NCBI GenBank assembly: GCA_021771025.1
Contig: JAETPW010000003.1
Span: 108,010-172,009 of the forward strand
DNA length: 64,000 nt
Direction of reading: 5' to 3'
From: Clostridiaceae bacterium
Lineage (GTDB): Bacteria > Bacillota > Clostridia > TANB77 > CAG-508
The notes beneath the pieces are model-generated. The model had not been told where the DNA came from. It worked only from the letters and a program-made list of their open reading frames with translations, and ran no database searches. Shown in pieces: positions 60,548 through 64,000 of the stretch (positions are counted from its first letter, which is position 1; each line of letters starts with the position of its first letter). The position numbers and the translations under genes are program-made.

Positions 60548-60949
60548 ATGAAAAAATTAATCAATTGGATTCTTACTGGGGCAATTGCTCTCTTTCTCTT
60601 CATTTTATTTCTTACCAATTATCTTCATTACAAACCAATTCAACCTTTTGGAATTACCCTATTAAAAGTTTCTTCCAATAGCATGAAACCAGAATTACAA
60701 ACAGGGGATTTGATCCTAGTAAAAAAAGAAAAAACATATGAAATAGGTGAGATAATTACCTATCAAACAAAAGATGGATATTTAATTACCCACCGAATTA
60801 TTGAGCAAGGTAAAAATGGATTTATTACTCAAGGAGATGCCAATAACTGTGCAGATGAATTAACCGTAAAACAAGAACAAATTATAGGGAAAGTAATTCA
60901 AAAAGTAGCCATAGTTAGGCAAGAAGGAAAGGAGGAGAATGAACATTAA
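60548..60949 (+). CDS. sipW: Signal peptidase I, SipW/archaeal type
   Basis: SNSMKP, GDLILV, ITHRI, TQGDAN..D. Confidence 0.88.
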   Translation: MKKLINWILTGAIALFLFILFLTNYLHYKPIQPFGITLLKVSSNSMKPELQTGDLILVKKEKTYEIGEIITYQTKDGYLITHRIIEQGKNGFITQGDANNCADELTVKQEQIIGKVIQKVAIVRQEGKEENEH

Positions 60950-61484
60950 AAAAGAAAATAAACCAATCTATTTGCCTGAGTATTTTCCACAAAGAAAACC
61001 AGAAAATAAGTTAAAAATACTAGCCATGATTATCATTCCTTTTTTGGTTCTTATCCTTTGGTTATCCGGGAGTAGCTTAGGAAAAAGTATAACTGAATAT
61101 ATCATCCAAAGCAAAACACCCATAGCAAAACCCATTGTAACAGTAGAAACAGATCCGATGATCCAAATTACTAGAGAGGAGCAAGAACAAACTTACACTT
61201 TTACCGTAAAAAATTATGAAGGAGAAAGCATATCAGAAGTAGACATGAAATATACCATAGAAATCATCGGAAATGACAATCAATTATTCACCTTAAGCTT
61301 AAGCAAAGAAGAGAACCCCATCACACTTCAAGAACAAAAAACAGAATGGATAGCCTTGAAAGGAAAAGAAAAAGAAGAACACCATTACCAATTAAAAATA
61401 ACTGACCCAAAAAAGCCAATTCAAGTTAACCCAAATCAACAAGAATCCATACAATTAAAGGTACATGCTGAACAAGTAAAATAA
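60939..61484 (+). CDS. Secreted SipW-cluster protein
   Basis: TM followed by SLGK cleavage-like site; beta-rich body. Confidence 0.7.
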   Translation: MNIKKENKPIYLPEYFPQRKPENKLKILAMIIIPFLVLILWLSGSSLGKSITEYIIQSKTPIAKPIVTVETDPMIQITREEQEQTYTFTVKNYEGESISEVDMKYTIEIIGNDNQLFTLSLSKEENPITLQEQKTEWIALKGKEKEEHHYQLKITDPKKPIQVNPNQQESIQLKVHAEQVK

Positions 61485-61584
61485 AAAAAGCAAAATAAAA
61501 AACTATAGCTAAGTCTATGAAATAATTAAGTCAATAATAAAAGAGAGGAAAAAGTTAGTAGTAAAGCTAACCATAGCTAGAAAA

Positions 61585-62217
61585 ATGAAAAAGAACAAAA
61601 AGAAAACACCAATCAGCTATCTTGTTATTTTGTTGGGAATAATGCTAATAGGGCTAATCGCCATTATTCCTATTTCAACTAATCAATTAGAAGAAATTTG
61701 GTTTTATACATGGTTAAACGAACCAGTAAAAGACAATAAACAAGATAAGAAGAAAAATAACAAGAACGATAATGCCATAAATGATACATCCATATATTTA
61801 ATGAACCTTTCAGATAAAAAAACAGATAGCCAAAAAATTCATTTATTAGACACACTATCACTCCAAACAAACATAAACGAAAAACTAGCACCCGGAGTAA
61901 AAGGGAAATTTACCATTAAAGTAAAAGCAAAAGAACAGTTAAACTACCAATTAAAATTCATTAGCCTAACCAACAAACCCCAGAATTTAATGTTTCTAGA
62001 AAGCAAAACAGAAAAAAAAGGATATGAATTACAAGAATTAGAACCAGTTTTAGCAGGAAACTTAAAAAAAGGTGAAAGCAAGGTATATACCATCCAATGG
62101 ATTTGGGAATATGAAACAAATAAAGAAAATGATAAACAAGATACAAAAGATGGAAAAGAATTAAAAAATTATCAATTTGAAATAAAGGCAATAGTCAAAG
62201 AAATCATAAAGGAGTAA
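61585..62217 (+). CDS. Paralog of the 59947 protein
   Basis: Shares KLAPG..G.F.I, KF...T.KPQNL.F, W.W.YET...KQDT.D with 59947. Confidence 0.75.
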   Translation: MKKNKKKTPISYLVILLGIMLIGLIAIIPISTNQLEEIWFYTWLNEPVKDNKQDKKKNNKNDNAINDTSIYLMNLSDKKTDSQKIHLLDTLSLQTNINEKLAPGVKGKFTIKVKAKEQLNYQLKFISLTNKPQNLMFLESKTEKKGYELQELEPVLAGNLKKGESKVYTIQWIWEYETNKENDKQDTKDGKELKNYQFEIKAIVKEIIKE

Positions 62218-62221
62218 AAAG

Positions 62222-62905
62222 TTGGATAAACAAAAAATAATAAAAGTGATACTAATGTGTATGGCAATCATTAGCATAAAAAGCAATGTATGGGCCAAAT
62301 ACACCATTGACTACCAAGAAAAAATTATTGAAATAAATTTTGATCAAACAAAACCCAAAATAAGCATTACCGCTATTCAAAATACAAACCAAGGTTATGA
62401 AGCCTATGCAAGTAAACAAGATACCATAATGATACAACTAAAAATAAGCGAGCCAATTCAACAAAAAGAAGGAATAACAACACAAGACATAGAGATAAAA
62501 GTAGGAAAACAAACCATAAATCCACCCATCTATCGCCTAGAAAAGTTAACGGGAAATACCCAAAAATTAATAGTACAAGGTATCTCTGGAAATGGAAAGT
62601 TAAGCCTCAACCTAAAAAAAGGTGCTATCACAGATTTAGCCGGTTGGGAAAATGAAGAAATCAATATTTTCAGCGGAATTAATATTGACAATTTACCACC
62701 TAAAGTAACCTATGCAAAAGAAAACACAGCTGAAGGAGAAACGATAGCTATTATACAGGCAGAAGAACCATTAAGGCCAATAGAAGGCTGGGAAGCAAGC
62801 AACGGTCAACAGACGTGGAAAAAAATAGTGGAAGAAGAAATTATCTTCCCTCATGTAATTGATTATGCAGGAAATGAAAGTGGGCAAGGAATTAGTATGG
62901 AATAG
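62222..62905 (+). CDS. Secreted Ig-like protein of the SipW cluster
   Basis: Signal peptide ending VWAKY; two D.AG[WN] Ig-like ends. Confidence 0.7.
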   Translation: MDKQKIIKVILMCMAIISIKSNVWAKYTIDYQEKIIEINFDQTKPKISITAIQNTNQGYEAYASKQDTIMIQLKISEPIQQKEGITTQDIEIKVGKQTINPPIYRLEKLTGNTQKLIVQGISGNGKLSLNLKKGAITDLAGWENEEINIFSGINIDNLPPKVTYAKENTAEGETIAIIQAEEPLRPIEGWEASNGQQTWKKIVEEEIIFPHVIDYAGNESGQGISME

Positions 62906-62961
62906 ATTCATTATTTATTAAAATTTGAAGATTCATTTGCAAAATTAGGAAGTAGGTAATA

Positions 62962-64000
62962 ATGAGCAAATTAGAAAAAATAGAAAATATAAATATAGAT
63001 AAATTATATAATGATGTAGCAGATTTAATAGAAAGAGCAAAAATTAAGGTGGTTTCACACGTTAATACAGAGTTTGTTATATTAAACTGGAATATTGGAA
63101 ATAGAATAAAAAATGAGTTGTTAGGGAATAAGAAACCAGACTATGGTAAAAAAGTTATAAAAAATCTAAGTAAGCAACTAATTGAAAAATATGGTAGAGG
63201 TTATAGCTATTCAAATTTATATAGAATGTTACAGATAAATGAAGATTTTTCAGATTTTGAAAATTTTGCGACAATGTCGCAAAAATTGAGTTGGTCTCAT
63301 TTTGTAGAAATTGTGAAAATAGATACTGATATTAAAAGAAAGTTTTATGCAACGATGTGTATGAATGAGAATTGGTCAGTAAGAACTTTAAAAGAAAGAA
63401 TAGATTCAGCTTTATTCGAAAGAACTGCAATATCAAAAAAACCAGAACAAACTATAAAAAATGATTTACAATTATTAACAGATGAAAATAAAATGACATC
63501 AGATTTATTTTTTAGAGATCCATATATTTTAGATTTTTTGGAGTTAAAAGACACTTATAGTGAAAAAGATTTAGAGAATGCAATAATAAAAGAATTAGAA
63601 AAATTTATTTTGGAAATGGGTAATGATTTTGCTTTTTTGACTAGACAAAAAAGAATAACAATAGATGGCAGAGATTACTATATGGACTTATTATTTTACC
63701 ATAGAAAGTTAAAAAGATTAGTTATCATAGAGTTAAAATTGGATGAATTTAAACCAGAACATAAAGGACAAGTAGAACTATATCTAAAGTGGCTTGATAA
63801 GTATGAAAAAGCAGAAGGGGAAGAAACACCAGTAGCAATTATATTATGTGCTACTAAGAGTGATATGATGACAGAATTATTAGGATTAGGTAATAGTGGA
63901 ATACATGTTGCACAATATATTACAAATTATGTTCCTAAGGAATTATTAGAAGAGAAATTTTTATCTAGTATAAGAAATGCAAAAATACAATTAGAGCAAA
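62962..64000 (+). CDS. YhcG/DUF1016 PDDEXK nuclease-domain protein (3'-truncated; absent from the ORF track)
   Basis: NWNIG.RI, YGRGYS..NL..M, LSWSHF, RDPYILDFL, EKDLE, RQKRI, DLLFYHR, IELK. Confidence 0.92.
   Translation, partial: MSKLEKIENINIDKLYNDVADLIERAKIKVVSHVNTEFVILNWNIGNRIKNELLGNKKPDYGKKVIKNLSKQLIEKYGRGYSYSNLYRMLQINEDFSDFENFATMSQKLSWSHFVEIVKIDTDIKRKFYATMCMNENWSVRTLKERIDSALFERTAISKKPEQTIKNDLQLLTDENKMTSDLFFRDPYILDFLELKDTYSEKDLENAIIKELEKFILEMGNDFAFLTRQKRITIDGRDYYMDLLFYHRKLKRLVIIELKLDEFKPEHKGQVELYLKWLDKYEKAEGEETPVAIILCATKSDMMTELLGLGNSGIHVAQYITNYVPKELLEEKFLSSIRNAKIQLEQ

Noticed and set aside
60917-60941. +1 shift at AGG in sipW would give Gly and fuse it to ORF 60939
   Set aside because: AGG is used in frame elsewhere (e.g. 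the pilin gene), ORF 60939 has its own AGGAGG, and a short overlap is ordinary translational coupling

Overview
AT-rich chromosomal segment from an endospore-forming Clostridia-like bacterium (sigK, spoIVA, gerK operon). It is mostly housekeeping (groEL 3' part, secG, rnr, cca, cmk, plsC, typA, prmC, whiA, hemW, rlmN, Lon-like protease, tRNA-Ile2, 6S RNA) with small accessory insertions. No prophage, CRISPR, integrase, transposase or reverse transcriptase was seen. Main observations: (1) two unrelated genes break at an in-frame CGG and resume in the +1 frame at a Gly codon, suggesting codon-specific +1 recoding; (2) a conserved RNA hairpin lies between the Shine-Dalgarno and the start codon of at least five unrelated genes; (3) a prepilin-like protein has a C-terminal CLec-like tail with a DGR variable-region codon signature, with no template or RT nearby; (4) cmk is fused in frame to an antitoxin-like domain directly upstream of a HipA/CtkA-like kinase; (5) a stand-alone RelA/SpoT synthetase has its motifs split by two large inserts; (6) GGGGACG-core palindromic repeats form locus-specific inverted pairs that bracket accessory genes. 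All family assignments are by eye, with no database searches.
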